Origin: Candidatus Saccharimonadota bacterium
Lineage (GTDB): Bacteria > Bacteroidota > Bacteroidia > Flavobacteriales > Blattabacteriaceae
Assembly (NCBI RefSeq): GCF_014251775.1
Contig: NZ_CP059199.1
Span: 510,001-542,000, forward strand
Length of the DNA stretch: 32,000 bases
Direction: 5' to 3'
In this document: one piece after another, positions 1 through 9,796 of the stretch
How positions within the stretch are numbered: the first letter of the stretch is position 1
Layout of the letters: each line of letters begins with the position of its first letter
The notes under the pieces: generated by a model
Told to the model about the DNA's origin: nothing
Databases searched by the model: none
What the model saw: the letters and a program-made list of their open reading frames with translations, nothing else
Made by a program: the position numbers and the translations under genes

Positions 1-779
1 AAATATTAAATCCATATAAAAAATTTTACTATTTAAACACACTTTATGAAAGAATAAAAAATATCCAAAAATTGGGATTAAATCATTTAATTATTCATCC
101 ATTTACTGAAAAATTTTCTAAATTAAGTATCAAAGATTTTTTTAAAAAAATTTTTCATTCTAATATTTACATAAAGAAAATTATTATAGGATATGATTTT
201 CATATAGGAAAAAATAAATATAGCTCTCTTAATACACTAAGATATTTATCCAAAATCTACGGAATTAAAATTTTACAGATTTTACCTTATCAATTAGATA
301 ATCAAATTATAAGTTCTACTAAAATTCGAAATTCATTAATTTTAGGAGATTTAAATTGGGCAAATAAAGCTTTAGGATATTATTATACATTATCCGGAAA
401 TATTATAAAAGGTAGAGGAATAGGAAAATTTATTAATTTTCCTACATCTAATATAAAAATTAATACAAATAAATTAATTCCAAAAAAAGGAGTTTATGCA
501 GTAAAAATTCGTTATAATAATACTATTTATAATGGAATGTTAAATATTGGAATTAATCCAACTATTAACCATAATAAAAAAATTAAAATAGAAACAAATA
601 TATTTAATTTTCATAAAAATATTTATGGAGAAAAAATTGATATTTTCATCATAAAAATGATCCGTGAAGAAAAAAAATTTAGATCCATTAAAGAATTAAA
701 AAATCAAATTATTAAAGATGAAATTTATATAAAAAATTTTTTTATTGTCAAAAAATTAAATAATAATAATTTTAAATGA
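1..779 (+). CDS. ribF: Bifunctional riboflavin kinase / FMN adenylyltransferase (RibF), 5' end lies outside the window
   Basis: Frame 3 is open from base 3 to the TGA at 777-779. The TTG at 72 used by the ORF track is internal: upstream codons read ILNPYKKFYYLNTLYERIKNIQK with no stop. Riboflavin-kinase motifs GRGIGKFINFPTSNI, GVYAVKI, GMLNIGINPT and ETNIFNF..IYGEKIDI are present. Confidence 0.85.
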   Translation, partial: ILNPYKKFYYLNTLYERIKNIQKLGLNHLIIHPFTEKFSKLSIKDFFKKIFHSNIYIKKIIIGYDFHIGKNKYSSLNTLRYLSKIYGIKILQILPYQLDNQIISSTKIRNSLILGDLNWANKALGYYYTLSGNIIKGRGIGKFINFPTSNIKINTNKLIPKKGVYAVKIRYNNTIYNGMLNIGINPTINHNKKIKIETNIFNFHKNIYGEKIDIFIIKMIREEKKFRSIKELKNQIIKDEIYIKNFFIVKKLNNNNFK

Positions 780-3421
780 AAAAAATACTAGAAAAAATTT
801 TTTTTTTAAAAAAAAAAATTTTAGTTTCAAAAGACGATACTACCATTAGAATTATTCGTGAAAAATATAATTGGAATAAAAATATATTGAATAATATTAA
901 TTTTTTGACAATAAAAAAATTAATTGATACTATTTCTGGATTAAAAAGGATAAATAAATGCGAAACATTATTATCTTTTTTTTCTATTTTAGAAAAAAAA
1001 GATTTTCTAGAAGAAGAACTTAATCTTAATAATTTTATTCAAAATATATTTAAAATATTAAATGATTTTCAAGATATTGATTACAATTTAATCAATAGTA
1101 AACATTTTTTTGAATATCTTATTTCGGAAGAAAGAATATTAAAATGGAATTTTAATCTATCCAATAATAAAAAATTTTTTTTATGGAAAAAAATTCATTT
1201 ATACTATGATAAATTTAGATTTTTTTTATTACAACAAAGAATAGCATATAATGGATTATTATTAAGAGAATGTTTATTTAAAATAAATTCAAATAATTAT
1301 AAAAAAATAATATTTATAATTCCGAAAAATTGTTATTTAAATCAATGGGAAAAATTTTTTTTAGAAAAAATTATTTCTAATAAAAAGGGAATAATTTATG
1401 AATTATTTTCTAATCGAATATTGGTAAACTATGAAACTTCTATTTTTAATAAAAGAAAAATAAATAATTTTAATAAATTAAAAATAATAAATGTCACAAG
1501 AGAAATAGAACAAATAATTTTCATAAAAAATCTAATAAAAAAAAAAATCCAAAAAAAAAACAATACAAAAATTAATAAAATAGCATTAATATTGGGAGAT
1601 GAGAATCTGCTAATTTCCATTGTTAATTCTTTTATAAGAAATTTAAATATTAATATATCATTCAACATTAATTATCCTTTAAAAATTATTCCTATTCATT
1701 ATACTTTTGTTTCCATATTTAAATTATTATTAAATAAATCATTAAAAAAAAGTTTTCAAAAAAATGATATTATAAATTTTTTAACAAATGGATATATAAA
1801 AAAGTTTTTTCTAAAAAAAAAAAAATTATCAAATTTTATAGAAAAAATAAACAACACAAAATCCAATTCTATTTCAAATAGAATCATTAATAATTTTTTA
1901 TTAAATAATAATGTAGAAATTATATTTCAAATACAATTAGATAATACAAAAAAAATTATAAAAAGTTTAATTAGTTTTATTAGAAAATTAAAGTTTTTTT
2001 TGATAAAAAATTTAAAAGATAATTTACTAGAATTTCTATTTATTCATAAAATAGAATTTTACATACAAAAAATAAAAATATTAATTAGAAAAAAAAAATA
2101 TCCATTTTCTATGGGAATAATAAATGTATATCATTTATATAATCAATTTATTAATACAGAAAATATTCAATATACTACCAAAAAATTTTATAAAAATTCA
2201 AAAAAATTATTACTAATAACTGATTTTCCATATTTCAATAATGAAAAATTTGATTTATCTATTATCACCTCTTGTAATAGTGGTATGATTCCAAAAAAAA
2301 ATAATATTGATAATTTTACTTTAATATCTAACGATATAAGAAATAGATTTAATATTAATTCTACTAATTATGAATATAATTTTAGAATTTTTTTAAACAT
2401 ATATAAATTTTCCAAAAAAACTTATATTTTATATAAAGATAATCCAGATGATATAAATTCTGGAGAAAAAAGTTCTTTTATTAATCATATAATGATAAAT
2501 AATCCAAAAATTAATATAGCTAAAAAAAAATTTTCATTATATCCTTATAAAAAAAAAACTAGAAAGGCTATTGTAATAAAAAAAAACCATTTACTTATTG
2601 AAAAATTAAATGAAATTAGTAAAAAAGGGTTATCTCCTTCTTCTATAAATTTATATAACTATAATCCTATTTTATTCTATTATAAAAAAATACTTGGAAT
2701 AAATGTATTAGAATCTAATTCATATAAAATACAATTAGGAAAAATTATTCATCAAATATTAGAAAATTTATATGAAAATAATATAAAAAATTTTTTAACC
2801 GTTCATAGAATAAATGAAATGAAAAAAATTATTAAACCTACTATTTCAAAATTTTTAAATATAAACGATACTATTTTATCATTTTTTTTAACTAAAAATT
2901 ATATAAAAAATTTTCTTTTGTGGGACGAAAAATTAGTAAAACAAGGAGAAAAAATTTTTATCAAAAAAATAGAATATAAGATATCTACTTTATTAAGTAT
3001 TAATAATTCAAAAAAAGTGGTATTACAGGGAATTATAGATCGTATCGATGAACATGATGGAATTACTAAAATTATTGATTATAAAATAGGTATATCAAAA
3101 TTTAGAAAAATAAATATATCAATAAATAATATTAAAAATATTTTTGAAAATCCGTATTATAAAAATGTTATGCAATTACTTTTTTACATATACTTATGGT
3201 ATCAATCGAACATAGAAAATCAAAAATATCCAGTTAAAATAGGAATTATTTCAATTAATAAAAAAAACAAATCAAATTTTATAGAAGAAATTCCAATTAT
3301 TTTTTTTAACAAAAAAACATATATAACTTATCAAAAGTATATAAAATTTTTTTTACCTTTTCTCATAAAAAGAATATCAGAAATATTAAATCCTAAAAAT
3401 CCAATTATAGAAAAAATTTAA
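776..3421 (+). CDS. AddB-like PD-(D/E)XK nuclease family protein (881 aa), otherwise uncharacterised
   Basis: Long uninterrupted ORF whose start overlaps the ribF stop (ATGA at 776-779). C-terminal RecB-type nuclease motifs: GIIDRIDEHDGITKIIDYKIG (D...D-Y-K) followed by VMQLLFYIYL (QxxxY). No Walker A motif seen by eye. The N-terminal 700 aa are low-complexity and Lys/Asn/Ile-rich. Confidence 0.6.
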   Translation: MKKILEKIFFLKKKILVSKDDTTIRIIREKYNWNKNILNNINFLTIKKLIDTISGLKRINKCETLLSFFSILEKKDFLEEELNLNNFIQNIFKILNDFQDIDYNLINSKHFFEYLISEERILKWNFNLSNNKKFFLWKKIHLYYDKFRFFLLQQRIAYNGLLLRECLFKINSNNYKKIIFIIPKNCYLNQWEKFFLEKIISNKKGIIYELFSNRILVNYETSIFNKRKINNFNKLKIINVTREIEQIIFIKNLIKKKIQKKNNTKINKIALILGDENLLISIVNSFIRNLNINISFNINYPLKIIPIHYTFVSIFKLLLNKSLKKSFQKNDIINFLTNGYIKKFFLKKKKLSNFIEKINNTKSNSISNRIINNFLLNNNVEIIFQIQLDNTKKIIKSLISFIRKLKFFLIKNLKDNLLEFLFIHKIEFYIQKIKILIRKKKYPFSMGIINVYHLYNQFINTENIQYTTKKFYKNSKKLLLITDFPYFNNEKFDLSIITSCNSGMIPKKNNIDNFTLISNDIRNRFNINSTNYEYNFRIFLNIYKFSKKTYILYKDNPDDINSGEKSSFINHIMINNPKINIAKKKFSLYPYKKKTRKAIVIKKNHLLIEKLNEISKKGLSPSSINLYNYNPILFYYKKILGINVLESNSYKIQLGKIIHQILENLYENNIKNFLTVHRINEMKKIIKPTISKFLNINDTILSFFLTKNYIKNFLLWDEKLVKQGEKIFIKKIEYKISTLLSINNSKKVVLQGIIDRIDEHDGITKIIDYKIGISKFRKINISINNIKNIFENPYYKNVMQLLFYIYLWYQSNIENQKYPVKIGIISINKKNKSNFIEEIPIIFFNKKTYITYQKYIKFFLPFLIKRISEILNPKNPIIEKI

Positions 3422-4476
3422 TAATTAAAAATATATTTTTCTATATAATTTCCTACTTCTTCAGTTCCTGAAGGATTATCAGTATTAATATCTTCTGTAG
3501 AAATCTTATTTAAGATAGACATTTTTACGGCTTTTTCTAATAAAATTTTTTCTTTTAACATTCCAAAATAATCTAACATCATAGCAGCTGAAAGTATACA
3601 TCCTATAGGATTTGCTATATTTTTACCCTTTGCTATTGGATAAGAACCATGTACTGGTTCAAATAAATATTTTTTATTGTCTCCTATAGATGCAGAAGGC
3701 AATAATCCTAAAGATCCACTTATAACACTAGACTCGTCTGATAAAATATCTCCAAACATATTATCAGTTAATATAATATCAAAATTATTAGGATTTTTAA
3801 TTATCTGTATAGCAGCATTATCTATATATAAATAATCTAATTTTACTTTTGGATAATCTAAACTAACTTCTTTAACAGTTTCTCTCCATAATTTTGATGT
3901 TTCCAAAACATTAGCCTTATCTACTAAAGTAACTTTTTTTTTTCTTAAAAGAGATGCATCAAAAGCAACTTTTGCAATTCTTATAATTTCTTTTTTAGAA
4001 TAAACACAATAATCATAAGCTTTCCTAAGATTTTTAGATCGACCTTTTTTTCCAAAATAAATTCCACCAGTTAATTCTCTATATATAATAAAATCAGCTT
4101 TATTTATAATTTCTTGTTTTATAGGAGATATATTTATACCAGGAAAAAATAATATAGGACGTATATTGCAATACAACCTCATACTTTTTCTTAATTTTAG
4201 AATTCCATCTTCTGGTCTAAAACCTATTTTATTACAATCGTATTTAGGATCACCTACACAAGAAAATAAAACAGAATCTGATTCAATACAATTTTTTATA
4301 GTATTTTCTGTAATTGGAACATTATATTTTTCTATGGCAACTCCACCTGCAAATAAAAAATTATAATGAAATTCATGATTATATTTTTTTGTAATAGCAT
4401 TTAAAACTTTTAATGTTTGTTTCATTATTTCAGGACCTATACCATCACCTTCTATAATAGAAATATATTTTTTCAT
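3418..4476 (-). CDS. leuB: 3-isopropylmalate dehydrogenase
   Basis: Starts MKKYISIIEGDGIGPEI. Motifs YRELTGGIYFG and NMFGDILSDE. Length of 352 aa is typical. Last gene of the leu cluster. Confidence 0.95.
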   Translation of the reverse strand: MKKYISIIEGDGIGPEIMKQTLKVLNAITKKYNHEFHYNFLFAGGVAIEKYNVPITENTIKNCIESDSVLFSCVGDPKYDCNKIGFRPEDGILKLRKSMRLYCNIRPILFFPGINISPIKQEIINKADFIIYRELTGGIYFGKKGRSKNLRKAYDYCVYSKKEIIRIAKVAFDASLLRKKKVTLVDKANVLETSKLWRETVKEVSLDYPKVKLDYLYIDNAAIQIIKNPNNFDIILTDNMFGDILSDESSVISGSLGLLPSASIGDNKKYLFEPVHGSYPIAKGKNIANPIGCILSAAMMLDYFGMLKEKILLEKAVKMSILNKISTEDINTDNPSGTEEVGNYIEKYIFNY

Positions 4477-4495
4477 ATTTTCATATTATTAATTT

Positions 4496-5077
4496 TTATA
4501 AATTAAAAATTCTATTTTTTTCAAAAAATTCTATGTCCTTTTTTAAGGATAATAAAAAATCTATATCGTCATAACCATTTATAAAACATTTTTTTCTATA
4601 TGGATGAATATAAAATTTTTCTTCTTCTTTAGTTTTTAATATAAAAACTTTTTGATTAATTAGATCTATTTTAATTTTAGTTTTTGAATTATTCTTTACT
4701 AAGAAAAATAATTTTTTTAAAAAATTTTGACATAATTCTATAATTAATAATCCATTATTAAATGCATTTTCTTTAAAAATATCTGCAAAAGAACTAGATA
4801 TTAATACTCTAAAACCATAATCAAAAATTGCCCATGCAGCATGCTCCCTACTAGATCCACATCCAAAATTTTTTCCTAATAAAAGAATTTTTCCAGAAAA
4901 TTTAGAATTATTTAAAATGAAATTTTTATCCTTTTTTTTCCAATCTATAAAAAGATTTTTACCATATTCTTTTCTATTAGAAATTTTTAAAAAACGAGAT
5001 GGAATAATTTGATCTGTATCTATATTTTCTTCTAAAATAGGAACTGCTGTACTAATTACAGTATTAAATTTTTCCAT
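4496..5077 (-). CDS. leuD: 3-isopropylmalate dehydratase small subunit
   Basis: Motifs NIDTDQIIP and GKNFGCGSSREHAAWA. 193 aa. Its start overlaps the leuC end by 14 bp. Confidence 0.93.
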   Translation of the reverse strand: MEKFNTVISTAVPILEENIDTDQIIPSRFLKISNRKEYGKNLFIDWKKKDKNFILNNSKFSGKILLLGKNFGCGSSREHAAWAIFDYGFRVLISSSFADIFKENAFNNGLLIIELCQNFLKKLFFLVKNNSKTKIKIDLINQKVFILKTKEEEKFYIHPYRKKCFINGYDDIDFLLSLKKDIEFFEKNRIFNL

Positions 5078-6512
5078 ATTTATTTATATATTTATTAACA
5101 TTTACTATTTTTCCTTCAATTCCTATAATAGCTGCTGTTAAAGGACTAACTAATAATGTACGTGATCCTGGGCCTTGTCTCCCCTCAAAATTTCTATTAG
5201 ATGTGGAAACACAATATTCTCCTGATGGAATTTTATCATCATTCATCCCTAAACAAGCTGAACATCCTGGTTGACGAAAATCAAATTCTGATTCTTTAAA
5301 TATAATATCTAATCCTTCATTTCTAGCTTTTTCAAGTACTATATTAGATCCAGGAACTATCATAACTTTAGTATGAGCAGCTTTTTTTTTACCTTTGATG
5401 ATAGATGCAACTATTCTCAAGTCTTCTATTCTAGAATTGGTACAACTTCCTATAAAAACATAATTAATAATTAATCCTATTAAAAATTGTCCTGGATTAA
5501 AACCCATATATTTAATAGACTTTTTCCAATTTTCTTGAGTAGTAACTAAATTTGAATTTATAGGAATTGAATCATTGATTTTTATAGACATACCTGGATT
5601 AGTTCCATAAGAAATCATAGGTTCAATTTTATCAAAATTTAATTCAAATTCTTTATCAAATTTTTTATTAGAATCTGTTTTTAAAGATTTCCAATATTGA
5701 ATAATATTTTTATTTTTTTTGATTAATTGTTTCCCATATTTACTTTTATTAATATATTCTAAAGTGGTATTATCCGGTGATATTAATCCACCTTTTGCTC
5801 CCATTTCAATACTCATATTACAAATGGTCATTCTTCCTTCCATACTCATTTTTCTAAATACTGATCCAGTATACTCTATAAAATATCCGACTCCTATATT
5901 CACCCCTAATTTTGATATAATATATAAAATAACATCTTTTGGTGATACTTCTTTTTTTAAAGATCCATATTTAAAATTTCTATCTAAATGAATTCTCATT
6001 TGTTTTGGTTTAGACAATAATAAGCATTGGCTAGCCATTACCATGGATATTTGACTGCTACCAATTCCAAAAGCTACACTACCAAATGCACCATGAGTAG
6101 AAGTATGACTATCTCCACAAACAATGGTCATTCCTGGTAATGTATACCCCAATTCTGGACCAATAACATGAACTATTCCATTATTTTTATCACCTATTCC
6201 ATAAAATTTTGATATTTTAAATTTTATACAATTTTTTTTTAAAAGTTCCACTTGTTTTCTAGATAAAGGATCAGAAATAGGAAAATGTTGATTAATTGTA
6301 GGAATATTATGATCAACTGTAGCTACTATTTTTTCCGGTCTAAATATAGAAATATTCCTTTTTTCTAATTCTGAAAAAGATTGAGGACTAGTTACTTCAT
6401 GAATATAATGTCTATCAATATAGATAATATCTATATTATTATCTAATTTTTTTACTAGATGAGAATCCCAAATTTTATCAAATAATGATTTTGATTTATT
6501 TATTTTTAACAT
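5064..6512 (-). CDS. leuC: 3-isopropylmalate dehydratase large subunit
   Basis: Aconitase-family motifs CGDSHTSTHGAFG, GSCTNSRIEDL and PGCSACLGMN (Fe-S cysteine ligands). N-terminus contains LFDKIWDSHLV. Confidence 0.95.
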   Translation of the reverse strand: MLKINKSKSLFDKIWDSHLVKKLDNNIDIIYIDRHYIHEVTSPQSFSELEKRNISIFRPEKIVATVDHNIPTINQHFPISDPLSRKQVELLKKNCIKFKISKFYGIGDKNNGIVHVIGPELGYTLPGMTIVCGDSHTSTHGAFGSVAFGIGSSQISMVMASQCLLLSKPKQMRIHLDRNFKYGSLKKEVSPKDVILYIISKLGVNIGVGYFIEYTGSVFRKMSMEGRMTICNMSIEMGAKGGLISPDNTTLEYINKSKYGKQLIKKNKNIIQYWKSLKTDSNKKFDKEFELNFDKIEPMISYGTNPGMSIKINDSIPINSNLVTTQENWKKSIKYMGFNPGQFLIGLIINYVFIGSCTNSRIEDLRIVASIIKGKKKAAHTKVMIVPGSNIVLEKARNEGLDIIFKESEFDFRQPGCSACLGMNDDKIPSGEYCVSTSNRNFEGRQGPGSRTLLVSPLTAAIIGIEGKIVNVNKYINKYGKI

Positions 6513-6540
6513 AATTATCTAATATTCAAGATTATTATTT

Positions 6541-7701
6541 CTAATTTAAATTTGCTTTTTTCAAAATTATTTTTAATTCTTCATTTTTTATTTCTTTCTT
6601 TTTATCTGCATGTTTCAAAAAAATAGAATATACTAAATCTAAAGAATTTTTAGTTAGATTATATCCCATTTTTTTATAACGATAATTTAAAGCTGCTCTT
6701 CCACTTCTAGCCGTTAATATAATAGATGAATTATTAATTCCAACATCTTTTGGATTAATACTTTCGTATGTTTCTTTTTTCTTTATAATTCCATCCTGAT
6801 GAATTCCTGATGAATGAGAAAAAGCATTAAATCCAACTATAGCTTTATTTGCTGGCACCATCATTCCTGTATGTTTAGATACTAAATTACTTATCGGTGA
6901 GATAAGTTTAGTATTGACATTAGTGTATAAATTTAAATATTTTTTTTGCTTAAAAATCATAACTATCTCTTCTAACGAAGTATTTCCAGCTCTTTCTCCA
7001 ATTCCATTAATAGTACATTCTACTTGTTTAGCACCATTAATAATTCCATATAAAGAATTAGCAGTGGCCAACCCTAAATCATTATGACAATGAGTAGATA
7101 GTGAAACTTTATGAATTCCATTTACATTTTCTTTTAAAAAACGTATTTTTCTTCCATATTCATCAGGTAAACAAAAACCAGTAGTATCAGGTATATTGAT
7201 TACTGTAGCACCATATTTAATTACATTTTCGCAAACTTTTGCTAAAAAATAATTATCAGTCCGTCCTGCATCTTCTGCATAAAATTCTACATCTTCTACA
7301 AATCTTTTTGCAAGTTTTACCGATTTTATCGCTATATCTATTATTTTTTCAGGAGTACTATTAAACTTATAAAGAATATGCCAATTAGAAGTTCCTATTC
7401 CAGTATGAATCCTAGGATTTTTAGCAAATTTTAAAGATTTGCCAGCGACTTCTATATCTTTTTCTACCGCTCTAGATAATGCACAAACTATTGTTTTTGA
7501 AACAGATTTAGATATTTCTTGAACAGATTTAAAATCACCAGGACTAGAAATAGGAAATCCAGCTTCTATTACATCAACACCTAAATCTTCTAATTTTTTT
7601 GCTATTTCTACTTTCTGATTAGTATTTAATTTACATCCAGGAACTTGTTCCCCATCTCTTAACGAGGTATCAAAAACATTAATTTTTCTTTTTTTTTTCA
7701 T
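6541..7701 (-). CDS. leuA: 2-isopropylmalate synthase, short form (386 aa) without the C-terminal regulatory domain
   Basis: Motifs [30 protein letters not shown] and HSSGIHQDG. The protein ends about 20 aa after the LKHADKKKE segment. Confidence 0.93.
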   Translation of the reverse strand: MKKKRKINVFDTSLRDGEQVPGCKLNTNQKVEIAKKLEDLGVDVIEAGFPISSPGDFKSVQEISKSVSKTIVCALSRAVEKDIEVAGKSLKFAKNPRIHTGIGTSNWHILYKFNSTPEKIIDIAIKSVKLAKRFVEDVEFYAEDAGRTDNYFLAKVCENVIKYGATVINIPDTTGFCLPDEYGRKIRFLKENVNGIHKVSLSTHCHNDLGLATANSLYGIINGAKQVECTINGIGERAGNTSLEEIVMIFKQKKYLNLYTNVNTKLISPISNLVSKHTGMMVPANKAIVGFNAFSHSSGIHQDGIIKKKETYESINPKDVGINNSSIILTARSGRAALNYRYKKMGYNLTKNSLDLVYSIFLKHADKKKEIKNEELKIILKKANLN

Positions 7702-7850
7702 AAGACTAAACTGGATTTAGTTAATAAATATTAAATCTATTTTTTATGAATAATAAATAGAAACGAATTATAGTATTACATACAATATCTAATTATTATA
7801 ATTAATTAATATATATCTACTAATCAATTAATATTTTTAAATAAATTACA

Positions 7851-9404
7851 ATGTTAAAAAAAAAAAAAAATCAATCGGATTATCTATTTCTACTTATTAA
7901 AACTTTATCAAGATCTGAAAAAATAAAATTTAAAATTTATGTTAATCGTATAAAACAAAATCAACATTCAAAGTTTTTGAACTTATTTGAAATAATTAAT
8001 AAATTAGATTTTTATAATGAAAATCTAATTTTAGATAAAACAAACATAAGTAAAAAACAATTACCTAATGTAAAATCTTATTTATATCAACAAATATTAA
8101 AAAGTCTTGAAATACAACATACTAAAAATAATTATGATATACAAATACGTGAATATTTAAATTTTTCCAAAATATTATATAATAAAGGTTTATATATACA
8201 AAGTTTAAAATTATTGAATAAAGCAAAAATTATTGCCAAATATTATGAATATAATACAATTTTATTAGAATTAATAGAATTTGAAAAAATGATCGAATCT
8301 CAACATATTACTAGAAGTATACACTCTAAATGTAGAGAATTATCTACAAGTTCTAAAGAATTAATTGAAAAAATTAAATATAGTAATACTTTATCTAATT
8401 TATCTTTAGAGTTATATGGTTTATATTTAAAAGTAGGATATGTAAGAAATGAAAAAGATAAAATATTTATCGAAACTTATTTTCGAACTAATACCCCAAA
8501 TTTTAATCTTAATAAACTAAGTTTTTATGAAAAATTATTTTTATATCAAGCTAAAATTTGGTATCACTATATTCAACAAGATTTTTTAATGTGTTATAAA
8601 ATAGCATCTAAATGGGTTAGTTTATTTCAAAAAAATGAAAAAAATAAAAAAATTTCTAGTATTAGTTATATAAAAGGATATCATTATTTATTAGATTCTT
8701 TATTTTATTTAAATAAATATTTAAAATTTTCTGAAATATTAAATCAATTTAAAAAAGAAGTAAAAGAAAAAAAAATACTTATCAATGGCAATACCGATAT
8801 TCTAATTTTTATGTACATATATACAAATCAAATTAATAAACATTATATGGAAGGTACTTTTTCAGAAGGAGTAAAAAAAGTAATTCCATCATTATTTTTA
8901 AAATTTAAAAAAATTCACAATAGAATGGATTATCATTATATAATGGTATTATATTACAAAGTTGCTTGTTTATATTTTGGAAGTGGTGATAACAAAAATA
9001 CTATTCGATATTTATTAAAAATAATGGAAAATAAAAAAAAATATTTAAGACAAGATTTACAATGTTTTTCTAGATTATTATATTTAATTGCTTGTTATGA
9101 AAGTGGACTAGATGAAAATCTAGATAAAATAATTCAATCTACTTATAAATTTTTTCAAAAAAATGATTGGTTTTTTATTCCAAAAGAAATTATTTTTTTT
9201 TTAAAAAAAATAGGGAATTTATATCCTAATCAAACAAAAAATCAATTTAAAAAATTTAAAAAAAAACTAATTAAATACTATAATCATCCTTATGAAAAAA
9301 GAACATTTTTATATTTAGATATTATATCTTGGTTATCCGCTAAAATAGAAAATAAATCCGTAGAATCCATTGTAAGAGAAAAATTTATAAAAAAATATCA
9401 ATAA
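7851..9404 (+). CDS. Conserved hypothetical protein, predicted all-alpha/TPR-like repeat protein (517 aa)
   Basis: Long ORF with no competing frame. The N-terminal LIKTLSRSEKIKFKIY...KFLNLFEIINK...QLPNVKSYLYQQILKSL resembles, from memory, an uncharacterised Bacteroidota family. TPR-like segments such as LYNKGLYIQSLKLLNKAKIIAKYY are present. No catalytic motif recognised. Confidence 0.7.
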   Translation: MLKKKKNQSDYLFLLIKTLSRSEKIKFKIYVNRIKQNQHSKFLNLFEIINKLDFYNENLILDKTNISKKQLPNVKSYLYQQILKSLEIQHTKNNYDIQIREYLNFSKILYNKGLYIQSLKLLNKAKIIAKYYEYNTILLELIEFEKMIESQHITRSIHSKCRELSTSSKELIEKIKYSNTLSNLSLELYGLYLKVGYVRNEKDKIFIETYFRTNTPNFNLNKLSFYEKLFLYQAKIWYHYIQQDFLMCYKIASKWVSLFQKNEKNKKISSISYIKGYHYLLDSLFYLNKYLKFSEILNQFKKEVKEKKILINGNTDILIFMYIYTNQINKHYMEGTFSEGVKKVIPSLFLKFKKIHNRMDYHYIMVLYYKVACLYFGSGDNKNTIRYLLKIMENKKKYLRQDLQCFSRLLYLIACYESGLDENLDKIIQSTYKFFQKNDWFFIPKEIIFFLKKIGNLYPNQTKNQFKKFKKKLIKYYNHPYEKRTFLYLDIISWLSAKIENKSVESIVREKFIKKYQ

Positions 9405-9767
9405 TTATTTTTTTCTTATATAAAAAAAAGTTTGAGAAATTAGAATAATAAAATACGATAATATAAAATTACTCAAATTATATAAAATATATTTTTTATT
9501 ATATAATCTTATTAAATAAAAAAATAAAAAAATACTAAAAATCAATTTTATTATTCCTGTTATTACAGGATAAATAATCAATAAATTATTCTTTTTTAGA
9601 AAAGATAAATAATAAAAAAATAAAACAAATAAACTATTTAAAGGAAATAATAATATATATATTATTAATATAAAAGAAAAATTTTTTTTTTCTAAAAAAT
9701 TAGAATAAATATGAATAAAAATAAAAACTAAGGTAGTTAAATTATATAAGAAAAATTTTTTTATCAT
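9405..9767 (-). CDS. Hypothetical small integral membrane protein (120 aa, about 4 hydrophobic segments); could instead be a compositional artefact
   Basis: This is the only ORF in a 392-bp interval that would otherwise be non-coding in a tightly packed genome. The Phe/Ile/Leu/Tyr-rich sequence has Lys-rich loops. No recognisable family. AT-rich DNA readily produces such ORFs. Confidence 0.35.
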   Translation of the reverse strand: MIKKFFLYNLTTLVFIFIHIYSNFLEKKNFSFILIIYILLFPLNSLFVLFFYYLSFLKKNNLLIIYPVITGIIKLIFSIFLFFYLIRLYNKKYILYNLSNFILSYFIILISQTFFYIRKK

Positions 9768-9796
9768 TTTTAATGTTATTATTTTAATTTAAAAGA

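Noticed and set aside
72-74. TTG at 72 as the start codon of the first ORF (235 aa).
   Set aside because: The frame is open to the window edge, and the upstream residues continue the RibF FAD-synthetase domain. The ORF is a 5'-truncated ribF, not a stand-alone riboflavin kinase.
7705-7721. Hairpin ACTAAA-ctgga-TTTAGT immediately upstream (4 nt) of the leuA start, as a possible leucine attenuator or translational control element.
   Set aside because: The stem is only 6 bp and almost all A-T, with no Leu-codon-rich leader peptide and no T-box or terminator/antiterminator alternative. Stems of this size arise by chance very often in about 20% G+C DNA.
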